DNA from: Candidatus Bathyarchaeum tardum
Lineage (GTDB): Archaea > Thermoproteota > Bathyarchaeia > Bathyarchaeales > Bathyarchaeaceae
DNA: 64,000 nucleotides
Reading direction: 5' to 3'
NCBI GenBank assembly: GCA_024650005.2
Contig: CP122380.1
Location: 704,001 to 768,000, forward strand
Below are positions 9,658 through 18,054 of this stretch, one piece after another. The translations under genes and the position numbers were made by a program. Under the pieces are notes generated by a model, which saw nothing but the letters and a program-made list of their open reading frames with translations, searched no databases and had not been told where the DNA came from. Within the stretch, counting starts at the first letter, position 1. Every line of letters begins with the position of its first letter.

Positions 9658-10251
9658 TCAAAAGGTCTCATCCTTCTCATTGACATCACCTGCATACATG
9701 TCCCATGCACTTATGGGCGAACTAATGTAAACATACTGGTTGGTATCAGTATAATTGTAGAAATAGGAGCTACACCGAGCCCCCACCGTATAAGCATTAG
9801 TGGCATAAGTGTATTTGTCATATCGTTGATAATACCCGGGCCATGCATAACCATAAGACCATGTTGGCTGGTTGGAATCATAGTAATAGGAATACGTCCA
9901 ATTGGCCTGATACATGCACGTCATAGAACCACCATTACACGTCCAATCATGGGGCCACATAGTTGGTCCGCCAAAACCTCTCACGTAAATATATGTTACA
10001 TCCGTATAGGCATCGTCTTCGTCATTATACATGGCGTTGATGCCGCAAGATGTGAATGCATTATAAGGGTCAGCACCAGGTGGATCCATCAAATGGTCAC
10101 AACGGGAAGCGGTGACACGATCATCATGCTCAGTTATATTGTAGTGTCCATGTGTAAAGCTTTGCACTATTGGACGGTTTATTATCATCAGAAATATTAC
10201 TAAAGTAGCTAAAGATAGTAACGCGTATATTGCTAATTTATTTTTTTTCAT
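9658..10251 (-). CDS. Secreted Tyr/Trp/Cys-rich hypothetical protein
   Basis: MKKNK plus hydrophobic signal; GAGG SD upstream; aromatic-rich mature region. Confidence 0.7.
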   Translation of the reverse strand: MKKNKLAIYALLSLATLVIFLMIINRPIVQSFTHGHYNITEHDDRVTASRCDHLMDPPGADPYNAFTSCGINAMYNDEDDAYTDVTYIYVRGFGGPTMWPHDWTCNGGSMTCMYQANWTYSYYYDSNQPTWSYGYAWPGYYQRYDKYTYATNAYTVGARCSSYFYNYTDTNQYVYISSPISAWDMYAGDVNEKDETF

Positions 10252-10285
10252 TTTGCTTAACCTCTTGTTTATCCAAATTTTTTGT

Positions 10286-10331
10286 TCTCTTTCTGTCCCT
10301 CACTTAGGACTAGGCGGTTTCGCGCCTCCGA
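10286..10331 (-). promoter_or_regulatory. Conserved two-hairpin leader element (copy 1)
   Basis: 39/47 aligned identity with 62404-62450; GC-rich in AT-rich context; compensatory stem change. Confidence 0.65.
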
Positions 10332-10492
10332 TGCAATAGCCTCGGGTTAAAGTAATGGTGAACCATTCAGCACAACATTACAAAAGTCAGTTATTGCCCG
10401 AATTTGTTTTTAAGGAAGACGAAATGTTTGGGAAATAGAGAGGTGAGTGAAAGTATTCGTTAGTTTTAGTTTCACTTTTCTCTCTCCCTTGT

Positions 10493-10831
10493 TTGTTGTC
10501 TACTTTTTGGTGTTTTTTAAAAGAAGAAATAATCAAAGATGCCTTGGGAGCTGCTTTGGAATTAGTTCAGCTTATAAGTTCGTCATGTAGACGGAAGATT
10601 CTGGAAACATTGTTTAAGGTGAAGCAAACTCATATCATGGATCTTGTGCGTAAGGTAAACAGCACCTATAGGCTGGTGAACAGAAACATGCAAGTTTTAG
10701 AGCATGAAGGCATTGTCAACTCTAATTATTATGGTCGTATGAGACTAATTACGTTGAACAGCGATAATCCTAAGACAGTTGCATTATTGAAAGCTCTTCG
10801 AATATTGAAGAAACAGCAATCTCATCTTTGA
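10493..10831 (+). CDS. Winged-helix (ArsR-like) transcriptional regulator
   Basis: SSCRRKILETL..HIMDLVRKVNSTYRLVNRNMQVLEHEGIV..GRMRLI; start uncertain. Confidence 0.75.
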   Translation: MLSTFWCFLKEEIIKDALGAALELVQLISSSCRRKILETLFKVKQTHIMDLVRKVNSTYRLVNRNMQVLEHEGIVNSNYYGRMRLITLNSDNPKTVALLKALRILKKQQSHL

Positions 10832-10853
10832 AAATTACTGAATAACCAGCAAC

Positions 10854-10875
10854 TAGCGCCCCCGGAAAGGCGCTA
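10854..10875. terminator. GC hairpin downstream of wHTH gene
   Basis: TAGCGCC-CCCGGAAA-GGCGCTA. Confidence 0.35.
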
Positions 10876-10992
10876 AATTGAACTGCAACCAAGATATAAT
10901 GTATAACTCTGAATACACTCATTAGACAATAAAACAGAAATATGCCAAAAACAAGCCTTATTTTACAAAATATACCTAATTTATGGTTATTT

Positions 10993-11070
10993 TGGTAGCG
11001 GGGAGTTGATTTGAACAACCGATCTCTGGGTTATGAGCCCAGCGGGTTCACCTGGCTACCCCACCCCGCT
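10993..11070 (-). tRNA. tRNA-Met(CAT), initiator type, CCA encoded
   Basis: AGCGGGG..CCCCGCT acceptor (A1-U72), anticodon arm CTGGG-CTCATAA-CCCAG with three G-C pairs, TTCAAAT T-loop, ACCA end. Confidence 0.96.
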
Positions 11071-11300
11071 ATGTGTTTTGAGTTAGAAGCCATTGCCAAG
11101 TGATGCTTTCTAGCTCGTTTGATATCTTTTGTCACACTCTTTCTTAAGCTTTGCTTATTGGATTTTTATTTTTTGGTCTAATTGGAGCCATTGTTGAGGT
11201 TAGTAACTTTTGAAACAAAATTTTATAACAGCGTTATAATTATATACAGGAAACCTATTTTAACTATGTATGAACATTTTGAATTATTGGAGGTTTTAAG

Positions 11301-11543
11301 TTGGGTAATCAAACTGAACCTGACAGTAACCTTGATTGTGTTGGTTTATATTGTCCTGAACCGGTTTTTCGAACCCGCCAAGAACTAGACCAACTGGAAA
11401 TAGGTCAAATCTTAGAAGTAGTTGCAGACGACCCTGCTTCTGAAGAAGACATACCCCGTCTAGTTAAACATCTTGAACATAAATTACTAAAAATGTACGA
11501 AAAAAATGGCGAATTCCATTTTCTAATCCAAAAAATGAAATAA
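11301..11543 (+). CDS. tusA: Sulfur carrier TusA family
   Basis: LDCVGLYCPEP, ADDPAS..DIP motifs. Confidence 0.88.
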   Translation: MGNQTEPDSNLDCVGLYCPEPVFRTRQELDQLEIGQILEVVADDPASEEDIPRLVKHLEHKLLKMYEKNGEFHFLIQKMK

Positions 11544-11559
11544 GGAGTAAAGTTGAGCC

Positions 11560-12735
11560 TTGCCAAAAATTTACATGGACTACGGCGCCGGAAAACCCGT
11601 AGACCCAAGGGTCCTTGAAGCGATGAACCCATATTTTCTGGAAATATATGGTAACGCTTCCTCTGGGCACTCTTACGGGAACGCCGCCAAAGAAGCGTTA
11701 ACATCTTCCCGAGAAAAAATAGCCCAACTAATCGGAGCAGAGAAAGTTCAGGAAATAATTTTTACTTCTGGGGGAACAGAATCCAATAACCTAGCAATAA
11801 AAGGAGCTGCATTCAGGAACAAATCCAAAGGAAACCACATAATCACTACTGCAATCGAGCACATGTCTGTTATTAACATCTGCAAGTATTTGCAAAAAGA
11901 AGGTTTTGAGGTAACCTTTGTGCCTGTAGACGACAAAGGAACAGTAGATCTTGAAAAACTTGAAGCTGCAATAACCGACCAAACAATAATGATGTCTGTC
12001 ATGTATGCGAACGGCGAAATTGGAACCATTCAGCCAATAAAACAAATTGGAAAATTAGCTCAAGAAAAAAACATCATGCTACATGTTGATGCTGTAGCAG
12101 CAGTTGGACAAGTCCCAATCAACGTAGTAGACGAAAACATTGACCTGTTAACCCTTTCTTCAAACGACCTTTACGGACCTAAAGGTGTTGGGGCTCTTTA
12201 CATAAAAAAGGGAACAAGAATTGTGCCCATCGACCAAGGTGGCGGACAAGAAAACGGTTTACGTTCAGGCACTGAAAACATTTCAGGCATAGTTGGCATG
12301 GCAAAAGCAGCTGAACTTGCCCAAACTGAAATGGAAACCGAAAGCAAACGTTTAATCGCATTGCGAGACAAACTAATTGATGGAGTTCTAGACTCGATTC
12401 CTTACTCTTTCTTGAATGGCCATCGGACTCAGCGTTTGCCTAATAACGCGAATCTTAGGTTCAGTTATATAGAGGGTGAATCACTCATTTTAAGTCTAGA
12501 CATGCATGGAATCCAAGCCTCGTCAGGTTCAGCGTGTTCATCAAAAACCTTAGAGCCCTCCCATGTGCTTCGAGCAATTGGATTGTCTCATGAGCTTGCT
12601 CATGGCTCCTTGGCTTTCACTCTTGGAAAACAAAACACCCAAGAAAGCATGGATTACGTGCTTGAAGTAATACCTGAAGTCGTAAAACGATTGCGGGCAC
12701 TTTCGCCCCTTACTCCAAAAGAAATCTTGAGGTGA
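11560..12735 (+). CDS. iscS: Cysteine desulfurase IscS/NifS
   Basis: FTSGGTESNN, HVDAVAA, SSGSACSS catalytic Cys; note SSNDLYGPKG in place of the usual H-K PLP motif. Confidence 0.9.
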   Translation: MPKIYMDYGAGKPVDPRVLEAMNPYFLEIYGNASSGHSYGNAAKEALTSSREKIAQLIGAEKVQEIIFTSGGTESNNLAIKGAAFRNKSKGNHIITTAIEHMSVINICKYLQKEGFEVTFVPVDDKGTVDLEKLEAAITDQTIMMSVMYANGEIGTIQPIKQIGKLAQEKNIMLHVDAVAAVGQVPINVVDENIDLLTLSSNDLYGPKGVGALYIKKGTRIVPIDQGGGQENGLRSGTENISGIVGMAKAAELAQTEMETESKRLIALRDKLIDGVLDSIPYSFLNGHRTQRLPNNANLRFSYIEGESLILSLDMHGIQASSGSACSSKTLEPSHVLRAIGLSHELAHGSLAFTLGKQNTQESMDYVLEVIPEVVKRLRALSPLTPKEILR

Positions 12736-12745
12736 AAAAAACAAA

Positions 12746-13123
12746 ATGTATAGTGAAAAAGTTATGGATCATTTCAAAAACCCCCGAAACGTAGGCGAAA
12801 TCGAAAACGCCGATGGAGTAGGAACAGTAGGCAACCCCACGTGTGGCGACCTGATGACTATGTACATTAAAGTTAAAGACGAAAAAATTGAGGACATTAA
12901 ATTCAAAACTTTTGGTTGTGGCGCAGCCATAGCTACCAGTAGCATGACCACTGAAATGGCAAAAGGCAAAACCATCGAAGAAGCAATGAAAATCAGTCGG
13001 GCAGAAGTAGCCAATAACCTTGGAGGCCTTCCTCCTATCAAAATGCACTGTTCTAACTTAGCTGCCGATGCATTACATGAAGCCATAAAAGACTACCAAA
13101 AAAAGAAAGAAGACAAAAAATAA
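12746..13123 (+). CDS. iscU: Fe-S scaffold IscU/NifU-N
   Basis: YSEKVMDHFKNPRNVG, GNPTCGD, FGCGAAIA, LPPIKMHCSNLA. Confidence 0.95.
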   Translation: MYSEKVMDHFKNPRNVGEIENADGVGTVGNPTCGDLMTMYIKVKDEKIEDIKFKTFGCGAAIATSSMTTEMAKGKTIEEAMKISRAEVANNLGGLPPIKMHCSNLAADALHEAIKDYQKKKEDKK

Positions 13124-13147
13124 TCACGCATTTTTGCGTGATTTTTT
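13122..13147 (+). terminator. Hairpin plus T-tract after iscU
   Basis: AATCACGCA-TTTT-TGCGTGATT followed by TTTT. Confidence 0.55.
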
Positions 13148-13229
13148 GTATATTAAGAAAATTTAATGTTGAAAACGGATTTTTTCTATTTTCCAAAGCC
13201 AACAAGTTTTGTTCTTTATTGCAAAATAT

Positions 13230-13520
13230 CAAGTCGTTCGGCTGCGATGCCATCAACGCCTTTTTCTTGTATTTTTCAACTTTCTCTTGCTAGTTTATTG
13301 TCCAACATTAACCTTCAAGGCGTTTTCGTGAGCTTTCATAATGTTTGCATACTGGATAAAACTAAACAATGGCACGAAATATTTTTCATAAGTCTAGGCC
13401 TGTTTGTATCGATTTTGCATGCTGAATATAAATCAGATCTAAATGTTTGGTGAAAAAGTCAGAGGATGAATCCATCAAAATAAGGATTGAAACGTAGTCT
13501 TATGCGTCTTTCTGTCAAAT
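13230..13520 (-). pseudogene. Degraded remnant resembling a glycerophosphodiester phosphodiesterase C-terminus
   Basis: Fragments in shifting frames: IMKAHENALKVNV and EKGVDGIAAERLDIL; stops and frameshifts. Confidence 0.4.
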
Positions 13521-13632
13521 AATTGTTTTTGAATGTTTTTTCTAGACTAATAATTATGGAATGTATCTAGTGACGAGTATTGTTTAAAAATCTCTTATAA
13601 GATTATAACTCCAGCAGTAAGATTGATTTGGA

Positions 13633-14163
13633 TTGTTGAAGGTGGCTAGAAAATCAAAAAAATCTAAAAAAGTTTGTCTCACGAATGAACTAATTCGAGA
13701 TTCTAGCAGAAGTGACCGTGAATTGGCAAAAATTGTAGGGGTTTGTCAACCTACTGTTTCTAGAATAAAAAAATCCCTGTTGAATGAAGGAATTATTGAA
13801 GGGGTTGTAGCTGTTCCTAACTTCAATAAAATTGGATATGAGTTGATGGCTTTGACCTTTGTTAAAATCAAAGCGGTTCTTGCTTCGGAGGAAGAAAGAA
13901 AACAAAATTTTGAAAAAGTAAAAAAATGGATGTCTAAGCAAGATGACGTAATTTTTTGCGCATCATGCAGGGGTCTAGGTTTTCACTCATTTTTTATTTC
14001 TCTTCACAAAAATTATAAAGCCTTTGATGCTTTCATGAAAAGACATGACGTGGAAATAGGTCACGAACTTTTAATTGATCTAGAAAATATTCTGGTTAAT
14101 CTTGATGATGACCAAATATTAAAGCCCTTCAATTTTAAGTATTTAGGAGAAAACGCTCTATAA
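13633..14163 (+). CDS. Lrp/AsnC-family transcriptional regulator
   Basis: SRSDRELAKIVGVCQPTVSRIKKSL..EGII HTH; PNFNKIGYELMA. Confidence 0.85.
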   Translation: MLKVARKSKKSKKVCLTNELIRDSSRSDRELAKIVGVCQPTVSRIKKSLLNEGIIEGVVAVPNFNKIGYELMALTFVKIKAVLASEEERKQNFEKVKKWMSKQDDVIFCASCRGLGFHSFFISLHKNYKAFDAFMKRHDVEIGHELLIDLENILVNLDDDQILKPFNFKYLGENAL

Positions 14164-14277
14164 TGTTGTGTTTAGTTTTTTTGGTTTTGGGAATCATTTA
14201 TATGAAAGATAATACATATGAAAAATAGTTCATAAAATGTTGATGTATAAAAAGCCTCAACTTTGTGATGTGAAAAA

Positions 14278-14640
14278 ATGACTGATCAACACCCGCGAAT
14301 AACCCGCGAAAAGAAGACCATCAATAAAATGGTTCACATGTACTGCAAAGGAAAACATGACCCCCAAAAAAATGAATTGTGTACTAAATGCACAGAATTC
14401 TTGTCCTACGCTTACAAACGTCTAGATAACTGTCCTTTCCAAGAAGAAAAATCAACATGCGGAAAATGTCTAGTGCACTGCTACCAACCAGTAATGAAAG
14501 AAAAAGCAAAAAAGATTATGCGCTATTCCGGTCCGCGTCTGATTTACAAAAGCCCGATTTTGGCTTTGCATCACGTTTTTGATGGCCGCAAAAAACCATT
14601 AACATTAAAAGAATTAAAAGAGAAAAAACAGAAAAAATGA
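14278..14640 (+). CDS. YgbA-family (nitrous-oxide-stimulated promoter) protein
   Basis: RITREKKTI..MYC..LC..C..YA..RLDNCPF.EEKSTCGKCLVHCY..IMRYSGPR. Confidence 0.85.
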   Translation: MTDQHPRITREKKTINKMVHMYCKGKHDPQKNELCTKCTEFLSYAYKRLDNCPFQEEKSTCGKCLVHCYQPVMKEKAKKIMRYSGPRLIYKSPILALHHVFDGRKKPLTLKELKEKKQKK

Positions 14641-14644
14641 TTGT

Positions 14645-14998
14645 TTGGTGGTTATGATTTTGGAAATAACAAAAGTAAACGAAACAGAAAGCAAACCAAA
14701 TCCTCACGGAGTGGATGTTCGTCCAATTTATGCCCATGAAAATGCACAAGTAATAGTTTTAACGCTAGCACCTGGTGAGTCGTTACGGCGCCACATAACT
14801 CCAGTTGATGTTTTCTTTTATGTTCTTAAAGGCAAAGGAACCGTAGAAATTGGGGACGAAAAAAAAGAAGTAGAAAAAGACTCCATCGTTCACAGTCCAG
14901 CAAAGATAGTGCACTGTTGGTATAACACATCCGATATGCCTTTGCGAATTCTAGTCGCTAAAACTCCAAAACCAACAGAGTCAACAATTATGCTTTAG
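14645..14998 (+). CDS. Cupin domain protein
   Basis: LAPGESLRRHITPVDVFFYVLKGKG..SPAKIVH. Confidence 0.85.
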   Translation: MVVMILEITKVNETESKPNPHGVDVRPIYAHENAQVIVLTLAPGESLRRHITPVDVFFYVLKGKGTVEIGDEKKEVEKDSIVHSPAKIVHCWYNTSDMPLRILVAKTPKPTESTIML

Positions 14999-15014
14999 GC
15001 TTTCCCATTAAGGG

Positions 15015-15351
15015 CTAGTGGGGATCATGCATCTCCATAATAAATAGTCTTTCAACAAATTTCATTGCTCCTGCCTCATCAGCTGGAGCAAAAAACATGC
15101 TCCCTGCAGATAGTTCGAATTCCTGTTTTCCTGCTGTGAAAACTCCGTTTCCGTTGATTACACAAAAACAAGCCCCATATGGTTCAGGATGCAATGGAAT
15201 TTTCTGTTCAGATTCGCGGCATATTACTGCAGCAGTAAAATTTTTGCTTTCCAGTAAATCTTTTTACCTTGAGAAGGTCTTCAAGATTTTTTTTGGTTTC
15301 TTTCTTCTTGGAAAACTCGCAAAGTTTGGTTAAATCAAAAACATTTGCCAT
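15015..15351 (-). pseudogene. Frameshifted cupin domain gene
   Basis: MANVFDLTK..KVK joins DLLESKNFTAAVIC..IPLHPEPYGACFCVINGNGVF..GSMFFAPADE after a shift in an A-run at ~15261-15265. Confidence 0.6.
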
Positions 15352-15376
15352 TGTTTTTGGTTCATCCTCTTCTTTT

Positions 15377-15859
15377 TTAAGAAATGGGCATGTTTGCAAT
15401 CGTTGCAGTGTAAGCGCTCAATAATAGAACTGCAATTCCTAATGCGATGTTACAAACTATCATTATTGCTCCACGTTTTTGGGTTGCACGAGTCAATGGT
15501 TTTGTTGCCCTTACAACTAGTTTTGTTCTTACTAATGCCAAACCCGTCATTATTATGATTAAAATGTGTTTGATGCTCAGGGCAAGGGAGTATCTGTTTG
15601 ATGTGCTAAACAGTCCTGTAAATGCGTTGCTCCGGTTGGCTAGTAACATTCCTGTTATCCATAGTCCAACAATGCTTACAAGAACGATTTTGTTCAATCT
15701 TTTTTGGATGCTGTTGCTTAATTCTTTGTCTTGTTCGTTTTGTTTTCGCATTGCAGGAAAAACTATAGTGGCTAAAATGATTAATCCTCCTATCCATATG
15801 GCAGTGAACAAATTATGCAGAAATGTCACTAAAACTGGTATTGCAATCTGTATGCTCAT
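15377..15859 (-). CDS. CopD/DUF4149-like membrane protein
   Basis: FLHNLFTAIWIGG, four TM helices, LSIKH. Confidence 0.7.
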   Translation of the reverse strand: MSIQIAIPVLVTFLHNLFTAIWIGGLIILATIVFPAMRKQNEQDKELSNSIQKRLNKIVLVSIVGLWITGMLLANRSNAFTGLFSTSNRYSLALSIKHILIIIMTGLALVRTKLVVRATKPLTRATQKRGAIMIVCNIALGIAVLLLSAYTATIANMPIS

Positions 15860-15996
15860 TATTCTCCCTCTGTGGGGCGTTTTTTGTTTTTTTGTTTCAT
15901 TTTTTAACGCCTTTGCTTGTTAGTAACTTTACGTAACTATTTAAACTAGCAAGTGTATAGCAAGTAACTTGGTTTCTCGCACGACAGTGATAAAAA

Positions 15997-16416
15997 ATGA
16001 ATGAAAAAACACAAGACCTGCAAAGTTGTCCCCTTGATGGGGTTATAGACATAATCAGCCGGAAATGGAGTTTTTTAGTTATCAACACCATCGGTAACTG
16101 TGAAAAAATAAGGTTTAAAGAAATCCTCACCCATTTGCACAAGCTGAGTGCAAAGACTCTCTCTGAGACCCTCAAGAAACTTCACAGGGAAGGCTTGGTT
16201 AAACGGGAAGCCTTTTCTGAGATTCCTCCAAGGGTCGAATATTCTCTCACAGAAGAAGGAATCAGTTTATGGAAAGCAATAATTCCCCTTCTAAACTGGA
16301 CAATACAAAGAGGAACATCCTGCGGACAAAAAGAACTTCCAAAAACATGCAAATTATCCGAGGGTCAAAAAAAACTTGTGAATGACGGCTATTCTTCAGG
16401 AGGAAAAAAACTTTAG
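15997..16416 (+). CDS. HxlR-family transcriptional regulator
   Basis: CPL..IISRKWS..RFKE..LSAKTLSETLKKL..EIPPRVEYSLTEEG. Confidence 0.92.
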   Translation: MNEKTQDLQSCPLDGVIDIISRKWSFLVINTIGNCEKIRFKEILTHLHKLSAKTLSETLKKLHREGLVKREAFSEIPPRVEYSLTEEGISLWKAIIPLLNWTIQRGTSCGQKELPKTCKLSEGQKKLVNDGYSSGGKKL

Positions 16417-16743
16417 GTTACTTCATGTTCTTATGCGAAATATTGGCAACAAATGAAGTCCTAAATGCTTTAACGTTATAAAAAAGAAAAGAAATTATGT
16501 TTGGGTCAAAAAAACATGTGTAATTCGATTAATAACTGAAAAAAACTGTTATTATAATAAATTAACCTCAAATACTACTCTTATTTGTTTTTATGCTGTG
16601 AATTTCAGCATTTTTCTAATATTGGCTTATTTTAAATGTTTATTTTGAATATAATTGAGTTTTTAGCCAGATTTTTTTGTGCATAATTTTTATTTGATTT
16701 TTATGTGCATCATTTTCTAGGGCACTTACCGGAGGTGGAAGAT

Positions 16744-16809
16744 ATGGTGTTCGAAGAAGACGACTGGGATGATTGGGAAGAAGACGAAGGAGACGAAGAA
16801 GACTGGTAA
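16744..16809 (+). CDS. Acidic micropeptide MVFEEDDWDDWEEDEGDEEDW (21 aa)
   Basis: GGAGGTG SD 6 nt before ATG; strong coding-like composition; below ORF-track cutoff. Confidence 0.6.
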   Translation: MVFEEDDWDDWEEDEGDEEDW

Positions 16810-16853
16810 CTGCTCCAAAATATTGCGGCTCATCCCTTTAGGGGGAGGTGAAA

Positions 16854-16910
16854 ATGATGCCCAAAAAAGGAAAGAAAGACAAGAAATCAACCAAAGCAAA
16901 CAAAAAATAA
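16854..16910 (+). CDS. Basic micropeptide MMPKKGKKDKKSTKANKK (18 aa)
   Basis: GGAGGTGA SD immediately before ATGATG. Confidence 0.55.
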   Translation: MMPKKGKKDKKSTKANKK

Positions 16911-17105
16911 AACAACATAAAAACCACAAGTTTTTTCATCATTTTTCTATTCAAGCCAAAAGAATGTTTTAATCACGTTGCATTCTTTTGGAAGAAACGA
17001 AACTGACTATAATGTGTGGCAACTAAGCAGAGGTTTTGTTTGGTAACATAAATCGGTCAAAAATCAACTGACAAAATATTTGACTTTTGATTTTAAGGTG
17101 TTTAG

Positions 17106-17426
17106 TTAAATTTTATTTTCTAGTGTTAGCCATTTTTTTGTAGCGTCGACTATGTTTTTGCAGTCGTTTTTAGTGAAGTCGTATTCGTCTGTGTCTGGTT
17201 TGTATGTTGCAAGGGCTTCGGCGTAGTTTTTTAGTTTTCCCATATTATATTCAAGAATTTGCAAATCATGAAGGGCGCTGGACTGCTTTTTTTCTTTCTT
17301 AATTAATTCCAAAATCTTGCTGGCAAATTTTTCCAAGGCTGATTCATCAAGGTTTTCCAGTTTAGTTCTGTTGTTCTGGTAAAGTTCAGCAACTTTTTTC
17401 ATGAATTCCTCAGATAATGTTGTCAC
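17106..17426 (-). CDS. Hypothetical helical protein
   Basis: 106-aa ORF, GGAGG SD upstream of GTG. Confidence 0.6.
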   Translation of the reverse strand: MTTLSEEFMKKVAELYQNNRTKLENLDESALEKFASKILELIKKEKKQSSALHDLQILEYNMGKLKNYAEALATYKPDTDEYDFTKNDCKNIVDATKKWLTLENKI

Positions 17427-17520
17427 AAAAAATCCTCCAATTATGTTGTATATTATCTTGGATGTTTCTTATATCATGTTGCCCAGATGCGAAATAGCTA
17501 CTGTTTATGTTGTTTTTTGT

Positions 17521-17967
17521 TTACTTGACTATTAATACTGGACAAGGAGAGTGTGAAAGAACCCCATAACTTACGCTTCCCAGGAGGATTTCTCTGATTT
17601 TGCTTACTCCTCTGGCTCCCATTACTATCAAATCGTAGTTTCCTTCTTTGGCTGTTTTGAGGATTTCTTCAACAATGTGTCCCTCTTTTAGAATTGATTC
17701 AACAGGAATTCCTTCAGTTTGAACTATTTTTTTGCCTTCTGCCAGAATTTCTTCTCCTGCTTTACGGATATTCACAACAAAATCAACCAACTGTGACGGA
17801 GTTAACCGAAAGGCACTAATCCAGTACACGTTGATTAACATGATTTTTCCGTCAAATTTTTTTGCGATTTGAACTGCTTTATCTAATGCACGTAATGAAC
17901 TTTTAGAACCGTCTATTGGAACCAAAATATTCTTAAAAACTGACAACATATTCCCCAAATAATTCAT
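17521..17967 (-). CDS. uspA: Universal stress protein A
   Basis: NILVPIDGS, DLIVMGARG..LLGSVS..PCPVLIVK. Confidence 0.93.
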   Translation of the reverse strand: MNYLGNMLSVFKNILVPIDGSKSSLRALDKAVQIAKKFDGKIMLINVYWISAFRLTPSQLVDFVVNIRKAGEEILAEGKKIVQTEGIPVESILKEGHIVEEILKTAKEGNYDLIVMGARGVSKIREILLGSVSYGVLSHSPCPVLIVK

Positions 17968-18054
17968 CGGTAAACGTGCACATATACTTTTGTGTAGCAG
18001 ATTCTAACCAAAAATTAATCTGTGTTTGTTGCATAATATTTAGTAGGGGAGTTT

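Larger units (their letters stand above)
6134..11006. mobile_element. Putative tRNA-Met-integrated island (~4.9 kb), no integrase visible
   Basis: Bounded by a 15-bp direct repeat of the tRNA 3' end on the correct side of the tRNA; accessory cargo. Confidence 0.6.

Noticed and set aside
16726-16972. Two 67-aa ORFs in the track
   Set aside because: They overlap the SD-led micropeptides in other frames and lack ribosome-binding sites.
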